From: a virus
Taxonomy: Duplodnaviria > Caudoviricetes
Reading direction: 5' to 3' (one strand)
IMG/VR virus record: IMGVR_UViG_3300033076_000814
Location: 1-57,788 of that record
DNA: 57,788 bases
Shown: one piece after another, positions 8,980 through 18,218 of the stretch
How the letters are laid out: the number at the start of each line of letters is the position of its first letter
Position numbering within the stretch: position 1 is the stretch's first letter
The notes under the pieces: generated by a model
The model's database searches: none
Seen by the model: the letters and a program-made list of their open reading frames with translations, nothing else
Told to the model about the DNA's origin: nothing
Position numbers and translations under genes: made by a program

Positions 8980-10577
8980 AACAAAAAATTGTCATACAAT
9001 CTGAATTTACTTCTGAACATTCTTTGAAAATTGAGCAGTTAGTTTTAGGTGCTATTTTAATTGACAAAGAGGCAATTCATGTTGTTGCAAAAGATTTTCA
9101 AATTAAGTTGTTTGATCATGAGCCTCATCAAATAATTGCAGAAGCAATCATTAAACTGCATCTGGCATCAAAGCCAATTGATTTATTGACATTGACAAAT
9201 TATTTGATCAAAGAGCAAAGTTTAGAAAGAATTGGAGGCGTTTCTGTAATCAGCAATTTAACCAGCAATGTGGCTGGTTCTACAAATATTGAATATCATC
9301 TTCGATTGCTTCAAGAGTTTTGGTTAAAGAAATACATTTCGGATATGTGTTCTGCAACTCAACTTCAATTAATCGAATACAAAAGAGATGTGTTTGATGT
9401 TTATTCTGATCTTCAAAATAATCTGGACAATGCCTTAAAAGACATAATAACAACAGAAATATCTCCTATCAATGAGGTTCATATTGATATGGTTAAATCT
9501 GGGTATGAAATTGTAGATGGAAAAGGAACTTCTGGAGTGCCAACTGGACTTCAAAGATTTGATATTCTCACAAATGGTTTTCAGCCATCAGATTTGATCA
9601 TATTGGCTGGAAGAACATCGATGGGTAAGACCGCATTTTCAATATCTATTTTGATTAAGCCATGCATAGATGATAAAATTCCAGTTGCCGTTTTTTCATT
9701 GGAGATGTCTAAGGAGCAATTAACTGGTAGGGTGCAATCAATTTTATCAAAAGTTAATGTTTCCAAGATTGTAAAAAAGCAATTGACATTTGACGAAATT
9801 ACGCATATACACAACAAATGTAAAGTTCTGGCAGATGCCCCTATGTTCATTGACGATACTGCAAATATTTCTCTATTGGAATTGAAATCTAAAAGCCGAA
9901 AATTGGTTCGAGAAAAAGGTGTAAAAATGATTGTAATTGATTATCTACAATTAATGCGATCTGGATTAAAAACCACATCCAGAGAACAAGAGGTTGCAGA
10001 AATTTCTAAAGGATTAAAAGCTATTGCGAAAGAACTCAACATACCAGTAATTGCATTATCTCAATTATCCAGAGGTGTAGAACAAAGACAAGGTTCAAAA
10101 AAACCAATGCTTTCCGATCTTCGAGATAGTGGTCAGATAGAGCAAGATGCCGACATGGTGTTATTTTGTTTTAGACCAGAATATTACAATCAAACAGAAT
10201 ACGATTGGTTTGGTGTAAATCTGGATACTCGAAATTTGTTTATGCTGATCGTGGCAAAGCATAGAAATGGTGTGCTTGGTGAAATTCCGCTTAATTTCTT
10301 TGGAGAACACACCTATGTAACCAACCATTCCGATACTTATAGCCTTTATCCTACATCAAATAATGAGAGTATGCAAACACCATCATACCCAAAAATAAAT
10401 AGTATTGAAACACCAGATTTATCTTACTTTAATGGTGCGAATATGCCAAGAAATATTAACTTTGAAAATGATAATGAAAGTACGAAAGTACCAAATGAAG
10501 ATGGTCAAATTGATATGGATGGTATGAGATTGCCTTATAAAGACGATAATGATATGCTGGATAATACCCCATTTTAA
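8976..10577 (+). CDS. dnaB: Replicative DNA helicase DnaB
   Basis: EQLVLGAIL, Walker A LAGRTSMGKT, FSLEMS, VIDYLQL, ALSQLSR, DLRDSGQIEQDAD, AKHRNG. Confidence 0.97.
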   Translation: MKQKIVIQSEFTSEHSLKIEQLVLGAILIDKEAIHVVAKDFQIKLFDHEPHQIIAEAIIKLHLASKPIDLLTLTNYLIKEQSLERIGGVSVISNLTSNVAGSTNIEYHLRLLQEFWLKKYISDMCSATQLQLIEYKRDVFDVYSDLQNNLDNALKDIITTEISPINEVHIDMVKSGYEIVDGKGTSGVPTGLQRFDILTNGFQPSDLIILAGRTSMGKTAFSISILIKPCIDDKIPVAVFSLEMSKEQLTGRVQSILSKVNVSKIVKKQLTFDEITHIHNKCKVLADAPMFIDDTANISLLELKSKSRKLVREKGVKMIVIDYLQLMRSGLKTTSREQEVAEISKGLKAIAKELNIPVIALSQLSRGVEQRQGSKKPMLSDLRDSGQIEQDADMVLFCFRPEYYNQTEYDWFGVNLDTRNLFMLIVAKHRNGVLGEIPLNFFGEHTYVTNHSDTYSLYPTSNNESMQTPSYPKINSIETPDLSYFNGANMPRNINFENDNESTKVPNEDGQIDMDGMRLPYKDDNDMLDNTPF

Positions 10578-10580
10578 TTT

Positions 10581-11102
10581 ATGGAACTTAAAGACCAAAG
10601 AATAGAAGCGTTAAAATTAATTGTATGTGAATACTACAAAGTATCTCCATCGATTTTAGATGATCCATCTAATAAAATACCCAAACCATTTTTGCGACAA
10701 ATGATTTCTTATTTTGCAAATACGATGTTGAATATTACCCAGCAGTCACTTGCTGATTATTGGAATAAAAAAACTCATGCATCGATTTGTACATCAATCA
10801 ATAATGTCCGAAATAACATGGATGTTAATAAAAGATTGAGATTTGAAGTTCAAGACTTGACAAGAATTATTAATGAAAAAGGTATTTCAGAAAAATCACC
10901 GAAGAACAATGAATGGTATCGGTTTATCGATCTAAATAATTTTGTTCTGGCAACATCTGGATCAAAAGCAATATTGATGGTAAACTTAACTCCAGAAGAA
11001 ATTGAAAATTTAAAACTTCAAGACTGGAACATTGAGCCTCAAAATAATACTGGTAAGTTTTATTACACCAGACTAAAGCAAGTAAACAATCAAAACAAAT
11101 AA
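10581..11102 (+). CDS. DnaA domain IV (C-terminal HTH)-like DNA-binding protein
   Basis: IVCEYYKVS...RQMISYF...SLADYWNKKTHASI resembles the DnaA C-terminal domain. Confidence 0.6.
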   Translation: MELKDQRIEALKLIVCEYYKVSPSILDDPSNKIPKPFLRQMISYFANTMLNITQQSLADYWNKKTHASICTSINNVRNNMDVNKRLRFEVQDLTRIINEKGISEKSPKNNEWYRFIDLNNFVLATSGSKAILMVNLTPEEIENLKLQDWNIEPQNNTGKFYYTRLKQVNNQNK

Positions 11103-11104
11103 AT

Positions 11105-11311
11105 ATGGATTACATTACTGGAAACAGAATTAACGCTATTCTTTACGAAAAGAATATGACAAGAGCCGAATTGATCGATAAACTTGGTATTGATCCAAGT
11201 TTCATGGCGAAGATCATCAATAACAAGAAAAAGAACCTTAATGTGACAACTGCGGTTAAAATTGCAAGAGCATTGGATTATCCAGTTGATGTTGTTTTTA
11301 TTTTTGACTAA
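11105..11311 (+). CDS. Cro/C1-type HTH regulator
   Basis: MTRAELIDKLGIDPSFMAKIINNKK...TAVKIARALDYPVDVVF. Confidence 0.85.
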   Translation: MDYITGNRINAILYEKNMTRAELIDKLGIDPSFMAKIINNKKKNLNVTTAVKIARALDYPVDVVFIFD

Positions 11312-11321
11312 ATTTCAGAAA

Positions 11322-11525
11322 ATGAATTATGTAATCGATCTCCTCCAGAAACGACTGGATCACGAATTAAAAGAATTAGATGTAGCTAATCAAATGTTGC
11401 AAGGTAGAGGGTTCTCGATGCCAAAGGATACGCAAGATGCATTTGAAAAAAGCAGAGAAATAGCATACGAAAGAATACCTCAACTGAAAGAAGCAATCGA
11501 AATAATTAAAAGACATCATCAATGA
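11322..11525 (+). CDS. Hypothetical protein
   Basis: ATG 11322 within track ORF 11262-11525. Confidence 0.6.
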   Translation: MNYVIDLLQKRLDHELKELDVANQMLQGRGFSMPKDTQDAFEKSREIAYERIPQLKEAIEIIKRHHQ

Positions 11526-11674
11526 AATTCAAAGTAGGTCAAAAAGTAAAGTTTAATAACGATGTAGGAGTTATTGAAGAAATACATAATGTAAGAACAA
11601 AAACTTACAAGGTTGTTTTTGATGGCAGATTTACATTTTACATTAAAGAGAAATATTTAGAATTACATGAGTAA
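11522..11674 (+). CDS. Small SH3/KOW-like protein, 50 aa (not in ORF track)
   Basis: MKFKVGQKVKFNNDVGVIEEI...; fills the gap, overlaps both neighbours. Confidence 0.65.
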   Translation: MKFKVGQKVKFNNDVGVIEEIHNVRTKTYKVVFDGRFTFYIKEKYLELHE

Positions 11675-12152
11675 AAGTTCTCTGGGGCAACTATGGATCA
11701 ATGAGGGTGTTGTAACTCCAATTATTGAGAAGAAATTTGAACTGGATTATTCCAGAAAATTTTTTGTTTTCGATGTTGTTCCGATGGGTGCGGTTCGTAT
11801 GTCACAATCTGATAGATGGAGGACTAATCCTAATCATTCTGATCCGAACAAAAGACAAAGACCAGAAGTATCAAGATATTTCCATTTTAAGGATGTTGTA
11901 AGGAGGCAAAGCAAAGAAATGAACTACATTCAAGGAGATACTCTGGATATAGTTTTCTGCGTTCCCATGCCATCAAGCTGGAGTAAAAAGAAACAACTCC
12001 AAATGAATAAAATGCCAGTTAAAACCAGACCAGATATTGACAATTATGTAAAAGCATTTTTGGATGCTTTACTGATTGAAGATAACAATATCTGGATGGC
12101 AAAAGCTGAAAAAAGATACGCATTTAGCGGATCAATAATTGTTTATCAATAA
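11667..12152 (+). CDS. rusA: RusA-family Holliday junction resolvase
   Basis: PMGAVRM...VPMPSSWSKKK...RPDIDNYVKAFLDAL..EDNNIW...EKRY. Confidence 0.85.
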   Translation: MSKSSLGQLWINEGVVTPIIEKKFELDYSRKFFVFDVVPMGAVRMSQSDRWRTNPNHSDPNKRQRPEVSRYFHFKDVVRRQSKEMNYIQGDTLDIVFCVPMPSSWSKKKQLQMNKMPVKTRPDIDNYVKAFLDALLIEDNNIWMAKAEKRYAFSGSIIVYQ

Positions 12153-12168
12153 ATTAAAATTTTAAATC

Positions 12169-12426
12169 ATGAGTATGTTGGAAAGCATTGTCGAGTATTA
12201 TGATGGACTTGGCGAAGAAATTTTAAAAGCGGATGGATTAGACGAAGCGGTAATCGGTGTTGAATTTGCATCTGGTAGATTAGTTTATTCAAAGCAAAAA
12301 ATAATTGACATTTTAATGTCTGATGGAGAAACCTCATTGGAGGATGCAATTGATCATTATGACTACAACATTGTTGGAAGTTATGTTGGCGAACAAACGC
12401 CAATTTATGTGGATGATATGTTTTAA
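12169..12426 (+). CDS. Conserved phage hypothetical protein
   Basis: ADGLDEAVIG...YNIVGSYVGEQTP motif. Confidence 0.75.
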   Translation: MSMLESIVEYYDGLGEEILKADGLDEAVIGVEFASGRLVYSKQKIIDILMSDGETSLEDAIDHYDYNIVGSYVGEQTPIYVDDMF

Positions 12427-12442
12427 TGATAATACCATAAAT

Positions 12443-12757
12443 ATGAAATTTGAATACGCAAACTTGTGGAAAGAGGATGGCATTTTTATTCCGCTACCAA
12501 TGATTATTTTTCACAAAAAAGATCACGAAAGAGGAATAGCCTTTGGTTGGTTAATCTGGGGATTTGAAATGAGTTTTGATAAAGAACCAGAACCAGAAAG
12601 ATTTGTAAGGTGTAATCATCCAATTCCAAGACTTTTAACGAAAGGTAAGAACTACCAGATAATCAAAACCAAATTAGAGTTTTATGTAGTAAAAAGAGAT
12701 GATGGTTCTATTGATAGGGTAGATAAATCAAGGTTTTCAGAGCCTTTTGAATATTAG
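12443..12757 (+). CDS. Hypothetical protein
   Basis: ATG 12443 within track ORF 12323-12757. Confidence 0.6.
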   Translation: MKFEYANLWKEDGIFIPLPMIIFHKKDHERGIAFGWLIWGFEMSFDKEPEPERFVRCNHPIPRLLTKGKNYQIIKTKLEFYVVKRDDGSIDRVDKSRFSEPFEY

Positions 12758-12777
12758 GAATGATAATACCATATAAT

Positions 12778-12812
12778 AAAAAAAAAGAGGAGCAAATAAA
12801 CTCCTCTTTTTT
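12778..12812. terminator. Bidirectional intrinsic terminator
   Basis: aaaaaagaggag-loop-ctcctctttttt between convergent operons. Confidence 0.85.
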
Positions 12813-12869
12813 CTTTTAAACCGCTATTTGACAGATAGCAACCAAAGTTTCGACAAGCAAATATAACAA

Positions 12870-13361
12870 TTATTTTATTGTTGTGCTAACTGAATTATCT
12901 GGTTTTGTGATCGTAAATTCAACTCTACGATTTGCCTCTCTACCAGCCTCCGTTTTATTGTCAGCAATTGGTTTTGCTTCACCCAAACCATCCGAAGTAA
13001 CTGATGTTGCTAAAACACCTTTGGAGATTAAATAATCCGCAACTGCTTTTGCTCTGGCTTTAGAAAGTTTTAAGTTAAATTCAGCCGATCCTTTATCATC
13101 TGTATGTCCAACAATCGATAATTTCCATTCTGGTTTTTTAACCAATACAGAAGCCAATTTATCCAAACTTGGAAACGAAGATGGATTGATGATTGACTTT
13201 CCAAATTCAAAAGTCAAATTATCAAAAGTTGACTGGAGAACTTCATCTTCCTTTACATCTTTTTTTCTACTTTGAAGATAGGCGTAAATTCCTACTCCAA
13301 GTAAAAGAACAACTGCTCCAACAAGCAGAATGTTGTTAGTATTATCTTTTTTTTGAGCCAT
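12870..13361 (-). CDS. Membrane-anchored OmpA-like peptidoglycan-binding protein
   Basis: N-terminal TM; IVGHTDDKGSAEFNLKLSKARAKAV...GREANRRVEF. Confidence 0.92.
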   Translation of the reverse strand: MAQKKDNTNNILLVGAVVLLLGVGIYAYLQSRKKDVKEDEVLQSTFDNLTFEFGKSIINPSSFPSLDKLASVLVKKPEWKLSIVGHTDDKGSAEFNLKLSKARAKAVADYLISKGVLATSVTSDGLGEAKPIADNKTEAGREANRRVEFTITKPDNSVSTTIK

Positions 13362-14062
13362 TATGCAGTTATTTTATCGTTAATAACAATATCTAATGCT
13401 CCGTTTTTGCCAAGCATTTTTTCAACATAAGTTTTGGTAGTTGAGGGAATGTTTGCTAAAACACCTTTTAAGTCTTTTGTTGCAATACCATTCTTTTTAA
13501 ATCCACCAATACCCCAATTGTATTTAGCAATAATTCTATCCATGCGTATTTTTCCATCTGGATCAGTTCCCCATGCCTCATCGATGTATTGCCCAAGAAT
13601 TATTGATCCGATCAGAATATTCAACTCTGGCTTAACCAAATCAGCTTGTGTAATTGTTCTGGTATTTCCTTTGGCATCAAATGTAATTCCAAATTTAGCC
13701 AAAGCATCTTTTTCAACTTGCGATAATCTTGATTTGCCATTCTTTCCGACAAATTCTCTTGTTAAAACAAAATCTGGATTTCCTTTACCGCCAGCATACA
13801 ATCTGTTCCATTGCATTAAGCCTTGTGTGTTTGAATTAGAACCTCCAGCAGTAGGATTTCCCCCACTTTCCACTTGTGTAAAAGCTAAAAGAATTTCTGC
13901 TGGAACTTTTGATGTTTCCGCATACTTTTTAAAGTATGTTCCATAGTTTGCCCATGTTTTTTGAAGTTCTTTTTTTAAACCATCTCTTGTTTTGTACCAA
14001 GTTGTTGGGGAAGTCAAAACAACTGGTGAAACAACTGGTGCATTTAATGATAATGTAGCCAT
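13361..14062 (-). CDS. Lytic transglycosylase (SLT domain)
   Basis: VESGGNP, QGLMQW, LNILIG, AKYNWG motifs. Confidence 0.85.
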   Translation of the reverse strand: MATLSLNAPVVSPVVLTSPTTWYKTRDGLKKELQKTWANYGTYFKKYAETSKVPAEILLAFTQVESGGNPTAGGSNSNTQGLMQWNRLYAGGKGNPDFVLTREFVGKNGKSRLSQVEKDALAKFGITFDAKGNTRTITQADLVKPELNILIGSIILGQYIDEAWGTDPDGKIRMDRIIAKYNWGIGGFKKNGIATKDLKGVLANIPSTTKTYVEKMLGKNGALDIVINDKITA

Positions 14063-14078
14063 TTTTTTAAAATTTTAA

Positions 14079-14231
14079 TTACACCATTGAGGGTGATCCA
14101 TTCAACAATATTTTACGATCATTCTTCTGTGGATCGTCTGATTTAGTGCGGTTTTTAGTGTAAATATAATATCCTCCAACCGCTACTCCGATAAGCAATA
14201 CGCCTAATAGTAATTTTGTGTTTGTACTCAT
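14079..14231 (-). CDS. Small membrane protein, 50 aa (not in ORF track)
   Basis: MSTNTKLLLGVLLIGVAVGGYYIYTKNRTK... Confidence 0.7.
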   Translation of the reverse strand: MSTNTKLLLGVLLIGVAVGGYYIYTKNRTKSDDPQKNDRKILLNGSPSMV

Positions 14232-14252
14232 TTTTCCGAAATTTAGTAATTA

Positions 14253-14260
14253 CAAATTTA
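14253..14260 (-). promoter_or_regulatory. Bacteroidota -7 promoter element for the SLT/OmpA operon
   Basis: TAAATTTG on the minus strand, 22 nt before ATG 14231. Confidence 0.65.
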
Positions 14261-14342
14261 CAATTTAATGAATACCAATACAAGTAAGTAGGAAATCTCC
14301 TTTAATTTCATTAAAATTGCATTAATTTTAAACACAATCACT

Positions 14343-16742
14343 TTGGCACAAATTAAAGAAACATCTGATGCAAAAAAGGGTGGATTGTTTGTAGGAAAAT
14401 CACATAAAGATGGTGGTATTCCAGCAATCGTTACCGATACTGGGCAACCGATAGAAGTTGAGGGCGGAGAAGCTATTATCAACAAGGAAGCAACTGCAAA
14501 ACATTGGAAAGAATTAAGCGAGATAAATCAATCTGCTGGTAATGGTGTTCCAATTCCTCCTCCATCATCTGTTCAAGAAATGGAAGAAAAATTTGCCAAA
14601 GGTGGGAAATTAACAAACCCAGAAAAAAAAGAGATTTACGATAAATGGAAATCTTTGGTCAACATGACTGCATCCGAACTTCGCAGATATTATCACACAA
14701 AAGATGGTAAAGAAAGTGGTTTGACAAAAGCGGAAGCCGAAGAACATGGTATTTCATCTGGCAGAGAAAGTGCCGAATGGATCATGAAAATGAAAAAGGT
14801 AAACTGGAAAAAATGGACACCAGAAATGTGGATTTGGGCAACAAAACAGATTTCTTTCATTTCCAGAATGTCTGGCATTAAGGGTGATTTGTACGATGAC
14901 AAAAAACAAAAAACAAGAAAGCATAAAGCATTGCTTATCTGGGGGCATAATCCAAAGAAATCCAGTTCGGTAAAACTGGAGCATGGAGGACAATTAGCAC
15001 CAAAAGGTGATAACAATAAAAACAGAAAATGGAAAGTTCGTTTTCATCTCGGTGCTGGTAAGGATTTTATGAAATGGAAAGTTGAAAATGCAGATTTAAA
15101 ATCTGTTCATTTCTATGAACCAGAGAAAGTTCAAATACGGATGACGAATTGTAAACTAACCAATTCCCCAGCAACCGCACAAAAAATATTTTCTGGTGAA
15201 ATCAATAAATCTCCAATTGCATGGGTAAATTGTGAAAAAGCCGAAGTTGATGAAACAATTGATCCAGTAAATTTGGCTGAAAGAATTTCTTACAATCCAA
15301 GAAAATCTCCTTATTGGCTGGATGCTGATGGAAACATTATCGACAACTTTATTTTTGATCATTTAATCACTTTTGGTCGAAGCGTTTATTATGATGATGG
15401 TACAGATGTTTATGAAGTTGGCGGATGGGTTGATGAGTTTGCAGAGGGAGGTAATATTTCCAAAGAAGAAAAATTTGACAAAGGCGGTATTGCTGGATTA
15501 AAAGCCATGTTGCCATTTGTGTCTGGATCAGAAAAAGATGATCTTATTGCGGAAATATCCAGATTGGAAACAGAAGAAATGTCATCAAGTGAAACTCCAA
15601 AAACTAAGACATCAAAATCTCTCCCAGAACCAGCAAAAGTAGATAAAATGATTAGTCAAATTAACCAAAAATATCTTCATCAAGCGGAAGTGATTTTAGG
15701 AGCATCAAGTACCAATGAGCAAAGAAAATTATTGTTGGATTGGATACTTGATCCATCTCAAAATGTTAAGGTTATAATTGCTTTTTCTGGAGGTAAGGAT
15801 AGTGTTGCTATGGTTTTAAGAGCAATCTATGAGTTTAAGATACCTAAGCATCAAATTGAATTATGGCATCACGAAGTAGATGGAATGGGTGAGAATATTT
15901 GGGATTGGAAATGTACTCCATCATATTGCAAGGCATTTGCTAAAGCAATGGGAGTTCCAATTTTGTTTTCTTATGCAGATGGCGGAATTACAAAGGAAAT
16001 TTATAAGGAAAATGGATTTTTACAGCCAGTTTACTTTCAGCAAGAACAAGATGGTGAATATCAGCGTGTTGATCCGAGAGGTTGGGAAAGTGACAGAGGC
16101 ACAAAACGAAATTTCCCAGCAGTAAATTCATCATTGTTAACAAGATGGTGTAGTGGTGTGGTTAAGGTTGATGTAATGAGCAAAGCCATTAACAATTCAC
16201 CTCGATTTGATCAAGCTAATCTTGTTATAATGACTGGTGAAAGAAGATCAGAGAGTACCAACAGATCAAAGTATAAGGAAATTGAAAAATATCGTAACTC
16301 AACAAAAAAGCGAAAAGCAATTACATGGAGATCAGTTATTGACTTAACTGAAAAAGAAGTGTGGGATTTGTATGAAAAACATAAAATTCAGCCTCATCCT
16401 TGTTACGAACTTGGTTGGGGTAGATGTTCATGCCAAATTTGTATTTTTAACGGCAAGGATACATGGTCATCAGTCAATGAGATTGATCCTAAAAAGATTG
16501 AAAAAATTGCTTCTATTGAGAATGATATAGGCAAAACTCTTTACGCAAAAAGGGTAAAGAAAAAAGTAGTTACCGAAAACATTTATGAAGCAAGGGTAAA
16601 TAAGGGTAAATCTTTTATTGATCCAGTAATTTTAAAGCGTTGGGGTAAAGAGGCATTGGGAGAGTTTGTTTCTCCTATTTTTGTCCAAGAATGGAAATTG
16701 CCGAAAGGTGCATTTAGTGAAGAACAAGCTGGAGCAAATTAA
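14343..16742 (+). CDS. Modular protein: GxSH..GG/EVEGGE domain, DUF3140-like domain, unknown domain, PAPS-reductase-like PP-loop enzyme
   Basis: TTG start; LVNMTASEL...SGRES...WGHNP; IAFSGGKDS, RWCSGVVK, GERRSES..R, HPCYELGWGRCSCQICIF. Confidence 0.8.
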   Translation: MAQIKETSDAKKGGLFVGKSHKDGGIPAIVTDTGQPIEVEGGEAIINKEATAKHWKELSEINQSAGNGVPIPPPSSVQEMEEKFAKGGKLTNPEKKEIYDKWKSLVNMTASELRRYYHTKDGKESGLTKAEAEEHGISSGRESAEWIMKMKKVNWKKWTPEMWIWATKQISFISRMSGIKGDLYDDKKQKTRKHKALLIWGHNPKKSSSVKLEHGGQLAPKGDNNKNRKWKVRFHLGAGKDFMKWKVENADLKSVHFYEPEKVQIRMTNCKLTNSPATAQKIFSGEINKSPIAWVNCEKAEVDETIDPVNLAERISYNPRKSPYWLDADGNIIDNFIFDHLITFGRSVYYDDGTDVYEVGGWVDEFAEGGNISKEEKFDKGGIAGLKAMLPFVSGSEKDDLIAEISRLETEEMSSSETPKTKTSKSLPEPAKVDKMISQINQKYLHQAEVILGASSTNEQRKLLLDWILDPSQNVKVIIAFSGGKDSVAMVLRAIYEFKIPKHQIELWHHEVDGMGENIWDWKCTPSYCKAFAKAMGVPILFSYADGGITKEIYKENGFLQPVYFQQEQDGEYQRVDPRGWESDRGTKRNFPAVNSSLLTRWCSGVVKVDVMSKAINNSPRFDQANLVIMTGERRSESTNRSKYKEIEKYRNSTKKRKAITWRSVIDLTEKEVWDLYEKHKIQPHPCYELGWGRCSCQICIFNGKDTWSSVNEIDPKKIEKIASIENDIGKTLYAKRVKKKVVTENIYEARVNKGKSFIDPVILKRWGKEALGEFVSPIFVQEWKLPKGAFSEEQAGAN
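15474..15520 (+). repeat. 47-bp direct repeat, copy 1 (copy 2 at 17054-17100, one mismatch)
   Basis: tttgaYaaaggcggtattgctggattaaaagccatgttgccatttgt encodes FDKGGIAGLKAMLPFV in both genes. Confidence 0.9.
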
Positions 16743-16744
16743 TT

Positions 16745-18217
16745 ATGGAATATATCAAATCTTTATTGGCACAAGGGTATGAATTAGGTGAATTACCTAA
16801 AGACTTAAAAGAAGCAGTTGAATTAATTTTTTCTGCTCCAAATCGAACTTCCAGAATAGAAGCATTAGATTACACAACATTGTGTGCTATTCGTGAAATC
16901 AGACCAACCGATCCGAGAATAGAAAACTTGTTTAACATTTCAGACCTTGTTGCATCAACGCAAGAGAACAATGGATTTAATACAAATATCGAATTTAAGC
17001 CAGAGGTTAATTTGATTTCAAATCCAGTAACACAAGAGCCAATTGAAAGTAAGTTTGATAAAGGCGGTATTGCTGGATTAAAAGCCATGTTGCCATTTGT
17101 TTCAAAGGAAGAAATGGAGATTATTAAAGCCGAAATCACCAGACTGGAGAGTATTAGCGTTGATAAAGATATTCCATCAACAATGGTTGGAAACACATCG
17201 CAGTTTGAAGTTTTTACCGAAGTAATGCAAGTGGATTTAACTCCTCAAAATGTTGCTGATCATTTAAAGTCGGAAAGACAAAAAAATCCAGAACCGCAGT
17301 TGACATTATTGTCATTTGGCGGTGGTCAAGATAGCTGGGCAATGTTATACAAATTGATTTTTGATCCAAAGTTTAAAAAGAAGTATGCTCCAAAAGATTT
17401 GGTGGTTGTTATGTCTGATACTGGCAATGAGCATCCTTACACATACAAAGGTGTAAAAGAAGCGGAAGCCTTGTGTAAAAAGCACAATATTCCATTTAAA
17501 TTTTTAAAAAATGACATGGGGTATCATACAGAGGGTTGGATGTCATTAAAAGCAAACTTGATCCGAAACAAAGTAATTCTTTCTGCAACAATGGGTTCAA
17601 AACCATGCACATCTGCCTTAAAGATCAATCCTTTGGATAAGTATTTAAGAGAATTTATGTGCGATAAATATGGTTTTGAAAATTTATCCGCACCAACAAG
17701 TTGGAAATCTTACGAAGACAAGTTTGGAACTAAAGTTCGTGTACTAATTGGTTTTGCGAAAGACGAAGAAATGAGAGCCATTAAAAGCATAAAAGTTCTT
17801 CATACTCTACCGAAGTACAAGCAAAGACATTTCCAATATGTTTTTCCATTAATTGAGGAGGGTTGGAATAGACAATCAGCACAAGACATTATTACGCAGT
17901 ATCACCCATATCTTATTCCTCCATCAAACTGCATGATCTGTTTTTATCAATCTGATCAAGAATTGATTTGGCTGGAAAGAAATCATCCAGAAGAATTTTA
18001 TGAATGGGTTGAGATGGAAAAGGCAAAATTAGATAGATTTGCCAATGATCCAAATGTCAAAAATAATGGGGTTTATGGTGCGGTTAATTTGCTTCAAAAA
18101 CTGGAAATGGCAAAGGATAAAAAAGATGGAAATGGTGTTCGTCTTGGTGATTATACTGATGAGCAACTTTGGGAATATAAAATGTCGCATGGTCATTGCG
18201 TAAAATCAAGTTTTTAA
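16745..18217 (+). CDS. Second PAPS-reductase-like (PP-loop, Cys-cluster) protein with N-terminal extension
   Basis: LSFGGGQDS, SDTGNEHP.TY, PCTSALKI.P, IGF..DE..R, FPLIE, PPSNCMICFYQ. Confidence 0.8.
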   Translation: MEYIKSLLAQGYELGELPKDLKEAVELIFSAPNRTSRIEALDYTTLCAIREIRPTDPRIENLFNISDLVASTQENNGFNTNIEFKPEVNLISNPVTQEPIESKFDKGGIAGLKAMLPFVSKEEMEIIKAEITRLESISVDKDIPSTMVGNTSQFEVFTEVMQVDLTPQNVADHLKSERQKNPEPQLTLLSFGGGQDSWAMLYKLIFDPKFKKKYAPKDLVVVMSDTGNEHPYTYKGVKEAEALCKKHNIPFKFLKNDMGYHTEGWMSLKANLIRNKVILSATMGSKPCTSALKINPLDKYLREFMCDKYGFENLSAPTSWKSYEDKFGTKVRVLIGFAKDEEMRAIKSIKVLHTLPKYKQRHFQYVFPLIEEGWNRQSAQDIITQYHPYLIPPSNCMICFYQSDQELIWLERNHPEEFYEWVEMEKAKLDRFANDPNVKNNGVYGAVNLLQKLEMAKDKKDGNGVRLGDYTDEQLWEYKMSHGHCVKSSF

Positions 18218-18218
18218 G

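Noticed and set aside
14343-18217. Complete Dnd/Ssp phosphorothioation or sulfate assimilation cluster
   Set aside because: Only the PP-loop domains are present; no cysteine desulfurase, DndD/E, SspB/C or cys pathway genes.
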